Notes: a model not told the origin generated them from the letters alone. Positions 42,364 through 52,767 are shown, counted from the stretch's first letter. The stretch: DNA of 64,000 nucleotides from an uncultured Gemmatimonadales bacterium (GCA_963779755.1 CAVZZO010000003.1:1440001-1504000); one strand, 5' to 3'. Translations and numbers: made by a program.

Positions 42364-42821
42364 ACGACGATTGGTTCGACCTGCTGCAGGCCCTGGTCGG
42401 CGCCCAGGCCCGTTTCCTCGTGGTCGGGGCGCATGCGATGGCGGTCCACGGGGTCCCGCGCGGCACCCAGGATCTCGACGTCTGGATCGAGCCGTCGCCC
42501 GAGAACGCCGAGCGGGTGTGGCAGGCGCTGGCGGCCTTCGGGGCCCCCTTGTCCAGCCTGGGCATCACCCGGGATGACTTCGCGCAGCCCGGCGCGATCA
42601 TCCAGATCGGCCTCCCGCCCAACCGGATTGATGTGCTCACCGCGATCAGCGGGATTCCCGATTTCGGCACGGCCTGGGGGGAGCGGCGCGTCCACCCGGT
42701 GCGGGGCTGCCCAGTACCGTTCCTGGGCCGGGCCGAGCTGATCCTCAACAAGCGCGCCAGCGGCCGGCGGAAGGACTTGGCGGATCTGGAAGCCCTGGGG
42801 GAGCTGCCGCCACTACCATGA
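42360..42821 (+). CDS. Nucleotidyltransferase-fold protein (TA-like)
   Basis: VVGAHA..HG.PR.T.DLD, K.ASGR.KD..D. Confidence 0.85.
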   Translation: MNDDWFDLLQALVGAQARFLVVGAHAMAVHGVPRGTQDLDVWIEPSPENAERVWQALAAFGAPLSSLGITRDDFAQPGAIIQIGLPPNRIDVLTAISGIPDFGTAWGERRVHPVRGCPVPFLGRAELILNKRASGRRKDLADLEALGELPPLP

Positions 42822-42971
42822 CCGGCGCGGTGACCGCCCCGGATTCGGCAGCCGAAGATCCGCGGAGACATCGCCACTCCGGCGACCTTGATCTGTCCCG
42901 CCATCTCAAGCCTCCGCATGTCGGTACGCCGCCTGCCAGGCCGTCAGTCCGCCCCCCAGGTCGTACCGCGA

Positions 42972-43430
42972 TCAGGCCGCCGGACCTCCCTCCGGCCACG
43001 GGGCCGTGAACTCGAAGCGTTCGACTTGCCGGAGCCGGGTAAAGTCCTGGGTATTGGAGGTAATCAGGACCAGACCCTCTTCACGGCACGAAGCGGCGAG
43101 GAGAGCATCGTTGAGGAAAGATCGGGTGAAGCCGCCCCGGCTCAGGGTGCCGCGCTGAATGAGGAGGGACACCAACTCGCCGCTGCGAACCCAGGCCTGG
43201 TAGGAAGGCACGATCACTCTGCCCCGGGTTTCAAAGGGCCGCAGGTAGGCTTTCCGGATCTGGCGCCGCCCCTGTGGGCTCAGGCCTCCCAGCATGAGCT
43301 CCTGGCCCACGGTCGCGTGGAGATAGGTCACTGGAAGCCAGGCGGCATAGAACGTAACCAGGGCCTCTGCCGCACGGGTGTCCCGGGCGGCCGCAACGTA
43401 AATATTCGTATCCAGTACATATTTCGGCAC
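42972..43430 (-). CDS. vapC: VapC/PIN toxin
   Basis: VLDTNIY, NDALLA, ITSN..DF. Confidence 0.88.
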   Translation of the reverse strand: MPKYVLDTNIYVAAARDTRAAEALVTFYAAWLPVTYLHATVGQELMLGGLSPQGRRQIRKAYLRPFETRGRVIVPSYQAWVRSGELVSLLIQRGTLSRGGFTRSFLNDALLAASCREEGLVLITSNTQDFTRLRQVERFEFTAPWPEGGPAA

Positions 43431-43436
43431 CGTGCC

Positions 43437-43643
43437 TCAGTTCTCCGCAAAGGGATCCTGAAGGGCCCGGCGTCCGGCCAGGCGGCGGACCCCCGTGGTG
43501 ACCTCCTGTCGGAAGGCCACGAGGTCCAGGGCCTGTTCCACGGTCTCGGTTTCGGTTGTGGTGCCGAGGATCCGGCGAGCCCGGTCGAGCTTGGCCTGGC
43601 TGAGGCGCAGGTTCTTCCGGACCCGGGGCGAACTGTGAGCCAT
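43437..43643 (-). CDS. VapB-like antitoxin
   Basis: ARRILG..TETETVEQAL, upstream of PIN. Confidence 0.8.
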   Translation of the reverse strand: MAHSSPRVRKNLRLSQAKLDRARRILGTTTETETVEQALDLVAFRQEVTTGVRRLAGRRALQDPFAEN

Positions 43644-43752
43644 CCCGACCTCCGAATGATTGTACAGCCATAATCTACCAACTGTACAGGCGGGCCACAA
43701 GAGAAACTGTTCATCCTATCGTTCGCTCGACGCCGGACCGCTGACTTGACTA

Positions 43753-44859
43753 GTGGACTGTACCAGATAAGTGTTTAGTGTTAGATTGGTGGGCATGGAA
43801 ACTCAACCACTCGTGCTGACCCCCGCCGAGCGCGCCGAGTTGGAGCGTCGGACGCGCAGTCGGACGGGGCGCGCCCAGGATGCTATGGTCGCGCGTGTGT
43901 TGCTGCTGTTGGCGGCGGGCCTGACCTACCGCGACATCGCCGCACGCACGGGGCGCTCGGAACCGTTCATCAGTAAGTGGAAGCGCCGGTTTGTGGAGGC
44001 GCGCCTGGCCGGGCTGTACGTGCGGCACGCGGGGCGTCCCGTCCGAGTCCGGACTCCCCAGCTGGAAGCACGCATTCTCGATGCGACGCGCACGGCCCCG
44101 CCGGACGGGTCGACGCATTGGAGCACCCGGCGACTGGCGAAGCGCCTCAAGCTGCCGCACATGACGGTCGCACGGGTCTGGAGGAAGCACGGGATTCAGC
44201 CGCACCGGATGGAGCGTTATATGGCGTCGAACGATCCCGACTTCGAGACCAAAGCGGCGGATGTGATCGGGCTCTACTTGCATCCGCCGCAGCATGCCGC
44301 CGTTTTCTGTGTGGATGAGAAGACGGCGATCCAGGCCCTCGAGCGCAAGGATCCGATGCTGCCGCTGTCGCCCGGCCGCGCGGAACGCCATGGGTTTGAA
44401 TACGTCCGCCACGGCACGCTGTCGCTGTTCGCCGCCCTCGAGACGCGGACGGGCCTGGTGATCGGCCAGACTGCCGAGCGCCACACGAGCCAGGCCTTCA
44501 TTGCGTTTCTGGCCGATCTCCTGACGCGCGTGCCGGCGCGGCGTGAGGTGCACATCATCTGCGACAACTTGTCGGTGCATAAAACGCAACGCGTCGCGGA
44601 ATTCCTGGCCGAGCATCCGCGCGTGCAGTTGCACTTCACTCCGACCTACAGCTCTTGGTTGAATCAAGTGGAGCTCTGGTTCGCCAAAATCGAACGCGAT
44701 CTGATTCATCGGGGCGTCTTCACCTCCACCAAAGACCTCGCCCGCCGCATCAGGAAGTACATTCGGCAGTACAACCGCGACCCGCGACCGATTCGGTGGA
44801 AGTACGATGATCCCGCTCACCGCATCCACGTCGCTTAACGTTCAACTGGTACAGTCCAC
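43753..44859 (+). mobile_element. IS630-family element
   Basis: TIRs GTGGACTGTACCAG / CTGGTACAGTCCAC with TA duplication. Confidence 0.93.
43795..44838 (+). CDS. IS630 transposase
   Basis: CVDEK, Y.RHGT, DN...HK, SSWLNQVE. Confidence 0.95.
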   Translation: METQPLVLTPAERAELERRTRSRTGRAQDAMVARVLLLLAAGLTYRDIAARTGRSEPFISKWKRRFVEARLAGLYVRHAGRPVRVRTPQLEARILDATRTAPPDGSTHWSTRRLAKRLKLPHMTVARVWRKHGIQPHRMERYMASNDPDFETKAADVIGLYLHPPQHAAVFCVDEKTAIQALERKDPMLPLSPGRAERHGFEYVRHGTLSLFAALETRTGLVIGQTAERHTSQAFIAFLADLLTRVPARREVHIICDNLSVHKTQRVAEFLAEHPRVQLHFTPTYSSWLNQVELWFAKIERDLIHRGVFTSTKDLARRIRKYIRQYNRDPRPIRWKYDDPAHRIHVA

Positions 44860-44888
44860 TAGTCTGACTAGATCGGCCAGATTCAGGC

Positions 44889-45161
44889 ATGCGCGATACC
44901 TATTCCCTCTACGAGGCCAAGGCCCGCCTTTCCGCCATTGTGCGGCGCGTGCGCGACGGGCATCGGGTCATTGTCACCGTGCGGGGCGAACCGGTGGCCG
45001 AGATCCGCCCGCTGGTGCCGCCGGCCGCCGGGCTCGCGCGCCGGGTGGAGCAGCTGGCCGAGCGGGGCGTGCTGGTGCGGGGCGCCGGCCCCGCGCCGGG
45101 GCGGTGGCCCGTGGCGCGGCGGCCGGGCGCCCTGGCCCGGTTTCTGGCTGAGCGCGAGTGA
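44889..45161 (+). CDS. Phd/YefM antitoxin
   Basis: EAKARLS..VR.V..G....T.RG.PVA. Confidence 0.88.
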   Translation: MRDTYSLYEAKARLSAIVRRVRDGHRVIVTVRGEPVAEIRPLVPPAAGLARRVEQLAERGVLVRGAGPAPGRWPVARRPGALARFLAERE

Positions 45162-45509
45162 TGCGGGTGGCCTACGTGGATACGTCCTGCCTGGTGGCGA
45201 TGGCATTTGGCGAGCGAGGCGGGACGGCGGTGGCGCGGCGATTGGCCGGCTTCGAGGAGTTGGTGGCGGCCAATCTGCTCCAAGCCGAGCTGAGGTCGGT
45301 GTTCGTGCGCGAGGGTCTGGGCGCCGGTCTCCTGGGTCATTCCGGACCGGCCGTTGCATCAGGAGATCGCCCGGGTGCTCGCGGCGGGATATGTCCGCGG
45401 GGCTGATTGCTGGCACCTCGCCACCGCCCTGTTCCTCGCCGAAGACCCCGGCGAGCTCACATTTCTCACCCTGGATGAGCGGCAGCGGGGATTGGGCTTC
45501 GCCGTGTGA
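45161..45509 (+). pseudogene. PIN toxin with internal frameshift/deletion
   Basis: AYVDTS in one frame; RGADCWHLATA..FLTLDERQ in another. Confidence 0.75.
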
Positions 45510-45611
45510 GTGAAGCCGCTCAGGCGCCAAAGACGCCGGCTCGGCTACTCCGTCGCTGCCCGACTCCGGCCCGAAGGTTCGTCGCATTCGCGACAGTTGG
45601 GGTCGACCAGG

Positions 45612-45765
45612 TGAATCGCCCCGGGATTGCCGGAGGTTGGAGCCATGGACAAGCGCACACGAACTCCCAGAGGTGCGGGAGCGGACCGTCCGGCTGGTGC
45701 GGGAGCACGGGCCGGAGCATGACTCGCAATGGGCGGCGATCCGGTCCGTTGCAAGCAAGGTGGGC
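45612..45765 (+). mobile_element. IS3-family left-end remnant
   Basis: TGAATCGCCCCGG IR; PEVRERTVRLV..SQWAAIRSVASKVG. Confidence 0.8.
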
Positions 45766-46027
45766 CGGCCAGCCCTGTGCGTGCGCTGCGGGTTGGTCCG
45801 CGTTTCCAGTCGCCACCCAGTTCGCCTGCATCCCGCTCATTTCCTTCAGTTCATGGCCGAGGGCAATCGGTCGATTAATTGGCCCGCCAGATCGGGCGAT
45901 CCACCGAGGGTCGGTAAAGAGCTCCGTCCCGCACGCTGCATTCGCCCTACACTCATCCATGGACTGCTGACCACCAGCATTCCCAGCCTGCACAGTATCC
46001 AGCCCAAACGGATCACGAAACGCGACA
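45766..46027 (-). pseudogene. Orphan Rhs-CT fragment A (truncated at both ends)
   Basis: VAFRDPFGL followed by unique sequence. Confidence 0.65.
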
Positions 46028-47630
46028 CCCCTATTGCCCGATGGGGGTGGAGGGTGACTATCAGCTCCTAGCCCGTCGGCCTCGGCCGGCGCACCCTCGG
46101 AGCACCCCTAACGAGGAGTGCTCCCATGATTTCCTTCCCCAGGCGCGAGCGCGCCCAGACCGCCGCCGCCGTGGTCGGCGTGGACGCCGGCAAGTTTTCC
46201 CATACCCTGGTCATGCGTCCCCGGGGCCAGCCCGATTCCAAGCCGTTCAGCTTCCCCACCACCCGCCCGGGTTTCGAGGCCGCGGTGGCCTTCCTGCGCC
46301 AGAAGGCGCCCGGCGCCGAGGTCTCCACGGTGCTGGTCGGGATCGAGTTCGCCGGAAACTACGGCTTCACCTTCGCCCACTTCCTGGCCCACCTCGGCGT
46401 CCCGGTCGTGAGCGTCCTTCCGGCCCACACCAAGCGCTGGAAGGACGTCGCGCACAATCAGCCCTTGAAGACCGACGCCAAGGATGCCGGCACCATCACC
46501 GACCTCCTGGCCCAGGGGCACTTCGTGAGCTTCCCATTCCTGGCCCCGGCCTATGCCGATCTCCGTTACCTGGTGGCCGCCCGGGAGCGGCTGTCCCTGC
46601 TGCGGCGCGGCGCGATGACTCAGCTCCGCTCCCTCTTACAGGTGGTCTTCCCCGAGTTCGAGGCCATCTTCCCCCTGTTGACGAAGAAGACGCCGAGGTC
46701 CCTCCTCCGGGCCTTCCCCACCCCGGAGGACCTGCTCCGGGCGTCCAAGGCCAAGGTGCTCCGCGTGCTGCACACCGCCAGCCGCGGCCACTTGGGTCCC
46801 GAAACTTACGAGAAGCTGATCACGGCGGCCCGCGCCACCCTGGGCCTCCCCCGCGCCCAGGGCCGGCTTGGCCAGGAGATCGGTCTGGTCCTCGAGCGGC
46901 TGGCACTCTTCGAGACCCAGATCAAGACCTTGGAGGCGGCGATGGTCGACGCGCTCCAAGGCGTGCCCGAGACGCCCTATCTCCTCAGCATCCCCAAGAT
47001 CGCGCCCGTGACCGCCGCCGTCTTCCTCGGCTCGATCGGCGATCCGCGGGCCTATGAGTCCAGTGCCCAGATTCTCCGGGTGGCCGGGCTCTCGCTGATC
47101 GAGCGCTCCAGCGGCATCCTCCGCGGCACCAAGCGGATCTCCAAGCGAGGCCGGCCGCTGCTCCGGCAGGCGGCGTACATGTTTGCGGTCCGAAGCATCA
47201 CCAAGGGCGGCCTCTTCCGAGCCGAGTACGAGGCCCTCTGCCGCCGCAATGGCGGGCAGAAGATGAAGGCCGTGGTGGCCGTCATGCGCTCGGGCCTGCG
47301 GCTCCTCTACAGCGTAGCCCGGGACCGGCGGGTGTTTACGGCCGAGCCCCCGGTCTGGCGGGATCGTCCTGCCCGGCGGGTCGCCATGGCCTGAGCCTGA
47401 CGCACGACGGCTGGCCGGCCGGGGCTGAGGAGCCCTTGTTCGCTTGAAGGAGCCCCCGGGCTCGCTTCCCATCCTACACGGCTCTCCCTGGCCGAGGGTC
47501 CGCTCGAGTCTCCGATAATGGGGTGTCGAGGGTCGCCCGCCTGTGCGGGCCACGCCTTCGAGTGGTGCTAGCATCGAGCTACGCGGCCCGTGTCCACCGG
47601 CAGGTGCTCTTTGACAATTGTTGTACCATG
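46028..47630 (+). mobile_element. IS110-family element (ends approximate)
   Basis: Left junction at Rhs core; about 230-bp downstream non-coding region ending near TTGACA (47611). Confidence 0.55.
46126..47394 (+). CDS. IS110-family recombinase/transposase
   Basis: VGVDAGK, GIE, KTDAKDA (DEDD); AGL...RSSG...ISKRG. Confidence 0.95.
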   Translation: MISFPRRERAQTAAAVVGVDAGKFSHTLVMRPRGQPDSKPFSFPTTRPGFEAAVAFLRQKAPGAEVSTVLVGIEFAGNYGFTFAHFLAHLGVPVVSVLPAHTKRWKDVAHNQPLKTDAKDAGTITDLLAQGHFVSFPFLAPAYADLRYLVAARERLSLLRRGAMTQLRSLLQVVFPEFEAIFPLLTKKTPRSLLRAFPTPEDLLRASKAKVLRVLHTASRGHLGPETYEKLITAARATLGLPRAQGRLGQEIGLVLERLALFETQIKTLEAAMVDALQGVPETPYLLSIPKIAPVTAAVFLGSIGDPRAYESSAQILRVAGLSLIERSSGILRGTKRISKRGRPLLRQAAYMFAVRSITKGGLFRAEYEALCRRNGGQKMKAVVAVMRSGLRLLYSVARDRRVFTAEPPVWRDRPARRVAMA

Positions 47631-47871
47631 CTCCATTGTGGGCCTCGGGCCCGACGCGGGATGAGGCGTGACGTGCGTAGCTCCCGGTCTTCGGCGTACG
47701 ACTCGATCGCGCCCGGGCCGCTCCGTTTCTCTGCCCAGCCGGGGCCGACGCGGATCCAATAATCCGAACGACGGGCGCCCCGGCGCCGCGTCCCACGCGA
47801 CACGCGATCGCGCCGGGGGGTGGGTCCGCCCCGATGACCCGAACGCTTCCGCACGATCCGCCGGGAACTGG

Positions 47872-48357
47872 CTACCCTGGACGTTTGAGCTCGTAGCCTG
47901 TCGCGCCCGCCTTCGCAGGCCCGACACCAAGCTCAAGCCCGTCAGTTCCGAGAATGACCCACGCATCATCTCGGTCCTCGTTGCTGTCGGCGAACACGTG
48001 CAACTCGTCACCACCTTGAAAGGCGATGAAAAGATCCCAGCCAGGAGGGTGGGCCCGAGCCTCAGTGATCTCTTGACCGACGAGGGGCCTAACCGCCTCT
48101 AACAGATGACCGGTCACGCCTCCGGAAACATTCCAGTCGGCAATCACTTCTTTGGCTGTTTGAAGCCGCCAAGGAGAGAGGATCGTCAGGTGTCTCCAGC
48201 CATGTGGCCGCGCTAGGGGTGCATCGTCTGGACGATGTCCCATGGGGCCAATATCCAAGCAAAGCACTGAGCCGTGCGGATTGTCGATCCCCTCGCACCG
48301 CTTCCCCACTAGCTCGGCGAGTACTCCGCGGACCTCACTGGCACTGAAAGTAGTCAT
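47872..48357 (-). CDS. Putative immunity protein for CT-B
   Basis: Starts 8 bp after the CT stop. Confidence 0.7.
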   Translation of the reverse strand: MTTFSASEVRGVLAELVGKRCEGIDNPHGSVLCLDIGPMGHRPDDAPLARPHGWRHLTILSPWRLQTAKEVIADWNVSGGVTGHLLEAVRPLVGQEITEARAHPPGWDLFIAFQGGDELHVFADSNEDRDDAWVILGTDGLELGVGPAKAGATGYELKRPG

Positions 48358-48365
48358 GGCGATGG

Positions 48366-48944
48366 TTACGGGTTCTTGAGATACTTTGCCTGCTTCGCCA
48401 GCTCTTCCGCGGTGGCTCGGATGTCGTCTGCCGAAAGGTCCTGGCCTGTGATCGCGTCGTGAAGAGCTCGCCGGCCCGCTCGGTTCAGACCAAGATCCTT
48501 CACGATTCGATCGACTTCTCTGTTCGGGCCTGCGTTGTCGCCACGCCCCTTGCCGGCTTGAGCAAACTGCACAGAGCCGTCGACCAACGCGCCGATGGCA
48601 GCACCCACGGCGGCACCTTTAATAGCCCCGGCAGTGGCGCCAGCCGAACCTCCGCCGATTGCGCACAGAGCCGCAACCGGACCTGCGGGAGAACATGCGA
48701 CGGCTCCGGCAGCAGCGCCTCCTGTCCCACCCCCTACCGCACCGATAATCGCCCCGACGCCTGTTCCCAACAAGGTCCAGAAGCCGGGGCAAGATGGACC
48801 AAAGTTGCTATCTTGGGGCGGGCAGAGTCCAAACGGATCGGTGTAGGCTACCGGATTCCCCCCCGCGTAGTCATACAGATTCACTCCACCGGCGAGCCCG
48901 ATGGGATCCTGGGTGAGGAACCGTCCCGTCCTGGGATCATACCA
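48366..48944 (-). CDS. Orphan Rhs-CT cassette B
   Basis: [40 protein letters not shown], Gly/Ala hydrophobic linker, small helical tip. Confidence 0.88.
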   Translation of the reverse strand, partial: WYDPRTGRFLTQDPIGLAGGVNLYDYAGGNPVAYTDPFGLCPPQDSNFGPSCPGFWTLLGTGVGAIIGAVGGGTGGAAAGAVACSPAGPVAALCAIGGGSAGATAGAIKGAAVGAAIGALVDGSVQFAQAGKGRGDNAGPNREVDRIVKDLGLNRAGRRALHDAITGQDLSADDIRATAEELAKQAKYLKNP

Positions 48945-49083
48945 ATCCGCCGATTACCCAGATTACACCGATTCCATGTAAGAGGAAGGGCAATCGGTCG
49001 AATCTGCGTCATCGGCGGATTCCGAACCACGCCGGCGTTACAATGGTGACGCGGGTGAAGCGGCGGGCGGGTAGCATGGCGGG

Positions 49084-49515
49084 ATGCCGGCCCCCGCCTT
49101 GCCCCACGACCCCGACACTTACGCCATCATTGGCGCGGCCATGGAGGTCCATCGTGCCCTGGGCCCCGGCTATCTGGAGGCGGCCTATCGGGAGGCCCTG
49201 GCTTTCGCCTTCGCCAGTCGGCGGATTCCGTTCGCCAGCGAAGTACCCTTCCGGCTCTTCTTCAACGGCCGCCCGCTCATCACTCGTTACCGGGCCGACT
49301 TTGTCTGCTTCGACCAGGTCGTTGTGGAACTCAAGGCGTTGGCCGCCCTGACGGGCGTCGAGACGGCCCAGATCCTCAACTATCTCAAGGCGAGCGGATT
49401 GACCCGGGGACTCCTCCTGAATTTTGGGAATCCCAGCCTTCAGTACCGGCGCTTCGTCTGGAGCCAGGTGCTGTCTCCCGAACCATCGGCGCCATCGGCG
49501 CCATCGGCGGATTGA
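49084..49515 (+). CDS. GxxExxY protein, copy 1
   Basis: GYLEAAY, YRADF, VELKA, QILNYL. Confidence 0.92.
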   Translation: MPAPALPHDPDTYAIIGAAMEVHRALGPGYLEAAYREALAFAFASRRIPFASEVPFRLFFNGRPLITRYRADFVCFDQVVVELKALAALTGVETAQILNYLKASGLTRGLLLNFGNPSLQYRRFVWSQVLSPEPSAPSAPSAD

Positions 49516-49692
49516 TGCTGGGTGAGGAACCGTCCCGTCCTGGGATCATACCAATCCGCCGATTACCCAGATTACACCGATTCCATGTAAGAGGAAGGGC
49601 AATCGGTCGAATCTGCGTCATCGGCGGATTCCGAACCACGCCGGCGTTACAATGGTGACGCGGGTGAAGCGGCGGGCGGGTAGCATGGCGGG

Positions 49693-50115
49693 ATGCCGGC
49701 CCCCGCCTTGCCCCACGACCCCGACACTTACGCCATCATTGGCGCGGCCATGGAGGTCCATCGTGCCCTGGGCCCCGGCTATCTGGAGGCGGCCTATCGG
49801 GAGGCCCTGGCTTTCGCCTTCGCCAGTCGGCGGATTCCGTTCGCCAGCGAAGTACCCTTCCGGCTCTTCTTCAACGGCCGCCCGCTCATCACTCGTTACC
49901 GGGCCGACTTTGTCTGCTTCGACCAGGTCGTTGTGGAACTCAAGGCGTTGGCCGCCCTGACGGGCGTCGAGACGGCCCAGATCCTCAACTATCTCAAGGC
50001 CAGCGGATTGACCCGGGGACTCCTCCTGAATTTTGGGGGTCCCAGCCTTCAGTACCGGCGCTTCGTCTGGAGCCAGCCGCCGTCCCCCGACCCATCGGCG
50101 CCATCGGCGGATTGA
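49693..50115 (+). CDS. GxxExxY protein, copy 2
   Basis: Near-identical tandem copy, 609-bp period. Confidence 0.92.
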   Translation: MPAPALPHDPDTYAIIGAAMEVHRALGPGYLEAAYREALAFAFASRRIPFASEVPFRLFFNGRPLITRYRADFVCFDQVVVELKALAALTGVETAQILNYLKASGLTRGLLLNFGGPSLQYRRFVWSQPPSPDPSAPSAD

Positions 50116-50390
50116 TGTTGGGTCAGCAAAGACCCGGTTGCGATCCGTCGTACCGCTGCCCGCCGCTAACTTGCTGCTGTTGTTTTTCTTAGTCGCCCCG
50201 CGTCAGCCGTCTGCATCATAACTTACGCGTTTTGGCCCTAGACGCGAGTTTCGAGATCGACTCACCCGGGCCCGAGGGCCGGCGGCCAGGCGCGGCCTCA
50301 ACGGAGGGATGCCGGAGTCTCCCGGGTCATGCTATCGTTCGGGGGTCTGTTGGCCGCCGTCACTATGGATCCGCCCTCGGACAGGCCGGT

Positions 50391-50651
50391 ATGCCGCGCA
50401 TCAGCCAGTTCTTTGGAGTCACGATTGTGATGTACTTCAACGATCACGCGCCACCACATTTTCATGCCCGGTATGGCGAGCATGAGTCCGCTATCGCGAT
50501 TGACACGCTGGGCCCCATCTGGGGGGACCTACCGCCCAGGGCGTTGGCACTGGTTCTGGAGTGGGCGGTGGGGCACCGAGCGGAATTGCTGGCCGACTGG
50601 GGGCGCGCCCGCGAAGGGCGGCCGCTCCTGCCGATTGCACCCCTGACTTGA
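50391..50651 (+). CDS. DUF4160 protein
   Basis: MPRIS.F.G..I.MY.NDH.PPHFHA.Y. Confidence 0.88.
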   Translation: MPRISQFFGVTIVMYFNDHAPPHFHARYGEHESAIAIDTLGPIWGDLPPRALALVLEWAVGHRAELLADWGRAREGRPLLPIAPLT

Positions 50652-50667
50652 GCAAAGGGAGGTAGGT

Positions 50668-50949
50668 ATGTCGACTCGCGTTCGGCTCCGGGCGGTTCAG
50701 CCTCTCGAAGGCACTACCGTGCAGCTTGAATTGACCACGGGTGAAGAGCGCCGCATCGATCTGGCGCCCTTCCTTCGGGGTCCCGTGTTTGCGGCGATCC
50801 GTGAGTCAGCGGAACTGTTCCGACAGATCTCCGTGGACCCGGAGCTCGGCACCGTCGTCTGGCCCAACGGTGCCGACATCGATCCGGACGTACTGATCGG
50901 GGGGTTCCGTCCCGCTTGGCAGGACGAACCGGCCCCGACCTCCAGATAG
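50668..50949 (+). CDS. DUF2442 protein
   Basis: GTVVWPNGADIDP; paired with DUF4160. Confidence 0.88.
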   Translation: MSTRVRLRAVQPLEGTTVQLELTTGEERRIDLAPFLRGPVFAAIRESAELFRQISVDPELGTVVWPNGADIDPDVLIGGFRPAWQDEPAPTSR

Positions 50950-51009
50950 TCCAAGGTCCCCCGGCGCTGCCGGGGGCCATGCTCGCGGAGTTGGCGCAAG
51001 CGCTGAAAG

Positions 51010-51296
51010 TCTCCGCCGCGTTCGCCACTCGGGGGATTCCGTTCGCCAGCGAAGTGCCTTTCCGGCTCCTCTTCAACGGCCGCCCGCTCACCACCCGTTA
51101 CCGGGCGGACTTTGTCTGTTATGAACGGGTCATCGTGGAACTCAAGGCCCTGAGCGCACTCACCGACGCCGAAACCGCCCAGGTCCTGAACTATCTCAAG
51201 GCCAGCGGCCTGAGTCGTGGGTTGTTGATCACCTTCGGGGGCCCGAGTCTGCAGTACCGCCGCTTCGTCCCGACCCCGAAAGGCTCCTCGGCGTAA
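51010..51296 (+). pseudogene. 5'-truncated GxxExxY gene
   Basis: IPFASEVPF..YRADF..QVLNYL. Confidence 0.85.
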
Positions 51297-51387
51297 TCGG
51301 TGCAATCTGCGGATTGGTGAGGAACCGTCCCGTCCTGGGATCATACCAATCCGCCGATTACCCAGATTACACCGATTCACGAGTCGG

Positions 51388-51616
51388 GAGGCCGTACGGC
51401 TCCGTACGACGGCGGCCAAGCGCTACAAACGGGTCGAGAACGCATGCGCGCTCATCTGGAAACTGCTGACGGTTGCGGAGACAACCTTCAGGAACCTGAA
51501 CGCGCCACACCGGCTCCGCGACGTTGCCGCCGGGCGGAAATACGAGAACGGCATCGCCGTTCACTCGAAACGGGTCGCCGCCTGATTCTCGTTTACACAC
51601 CTATTGAAACGAGCTC
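51388..51616 (+). mobile_element. IS256-family 3' remnant
   Basis: AVRLRTTAAKRYKRVENACALIWKLL.VAE..F..LNAP; TTTACACACCTATTGA terminal motif. Confidence 0.7.
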
Positions 51617-51668
51617 ACCAAAGTGCGCGTGGCAGGCTAGGCTCCGCCATTGGGCGCAGTAGAAGGCA

Positions 51669-51695
51669 ATGAGGGCGCCGCTGAGGCGCCCTCAT
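51669..51695. terminator. GC-rich hairpin downstream of immunity gene
   Basis: ATGAGGGCGCC..GGCGCCCTCAT. Confidence 0.4.
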
Positions 51696-51725
51696 GCGAT
51701 CATCAGTTGGAATCTCAGAGATGAG

Positions 51726-51968
51726 TCAGGGCAGGCCCAAACACGGCTCGTGCCACAGTCCAGGAATCCCTTCGAGTTGGTACAACGGATCACCACCGTG
51801 ATAGAAGCCGACGTCCTTCACCGTGGCGACCCTCCCAGCATACCCGAGCTGCTCAGAACTCAGCGGATGGTGAAGCTTCCATTCGTGGGCGAAGCGCTCC
51901 AAGTTCGCCTGTGCAGAGATCCGCACCTGTGCACCCACATGAAACCTGGCTTCATACGGCGTTGACAT
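51726..51968 (-). CDS. Putative immunity protein for CT-C
   Basis: Starts 12 bp after the CT stop. Confidence 0.65.
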   Translation of the reverse strand: MSTPYEARFHVGAQVRISAQANLERFAHEWKLHHPLSSEQLGYAGRVATVKDVGFYHGGDPLYQLEGIPGLWHEPCLGLP

Positions 51969-51980
51969 TTATCACCCATT

Positions 51981-52676
51981 CTATGGGGTAGGAGTGAAGG
52001 TGCCAGGCGCCACCGGGATTGGTTGCGTTGTCTGAAACTGTGCTGCCCCGCCGCTCGTGGCGGGACCGTTGAAAGGTGTCTTGAGCGCATCCGCCGGTAC
52101 CCTGAAAGTCGCTTGCATGGCACCCTTGCCTCCGTCGATCTCGAGAAGCGCCTCCGCCTCAGCAGCACTCTTGCCAGCGACTTCACCAGATGGGGTGACG
52201 AAACTGCCCGCACGAAGGGCCCCAGAACCTTCGATTGCAGCCGCCCCCTCGACACTTGTGAAGTGGGTGATAGCAACTGAGCGAAGCGAGGTACCGACCC
52301 TGCTCGCTACAATGCCGGCGACCTTCGCTCCCCCAATGAGCAGTGCCGCCTCAGCAGTGCCACGAAGAACGTGCCCGCTGCCGATATCGTTGCCCGCCGT
52401 CGCCGCCGCATTTAGACCCGTAGCGTGGAATGTCGCATTGAGAGCGGCTCCTGCATTAAGGGCCAAACTGCCAACAGCGCCACCTCGCCGAGCTCCCCAG
52501 TTTGCCAATCCTTGGGCGAGGCATTCTGTCCACGCCGACGACCCCTTGCATGGGTCCAACCCGAAGGGATCGCTAAAGCCGACCGGATTCCCCCCCGCGT
52601 ACGCATACAGATTGACCCCGCCCGCGAGGCCAATGGGATCCTGGGTGAGGAAGCGTCCCGTCTTGGGGTCATACCA
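51981..52676 (-). CDS. Orphan Rhs-CT cassette C (HFT motif, possibly ART-like)
   Basis: [20 protein letters not shown]; tip ITHFTSVEGAAAIEGSG. Confidence 0.85.
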   Translation of the reverse strand, partial: WYDPKTGRFLTQDPIGLAGGVNLYAYAGGNPVGFSDPFGLDPCKGSSAWTECLAQGLANWGARRGGAVGSLALNAGAALNATFHATGLNAAATAGNDIGSGHVLRGTAEAALLIGGAKVAGIVASRVGTSLRSVAITHFTSVEGAAAIEGSGALRAGSFVTPSGEVAGKSAAEAEALLEIDGGKGAMQATFRVPADALKTPFNGPATSGGAAQFQTTQPIPVAPGTFTPTP

Positions 52677-52767
52677 ATCCGCCGATTACACAGATTGCGC
52701 GGATTCGCGAATCCGGAAAACCCAAGGAGGCAAATCTGAGTAATCAGCGTAATCTGCGGATTCATCC

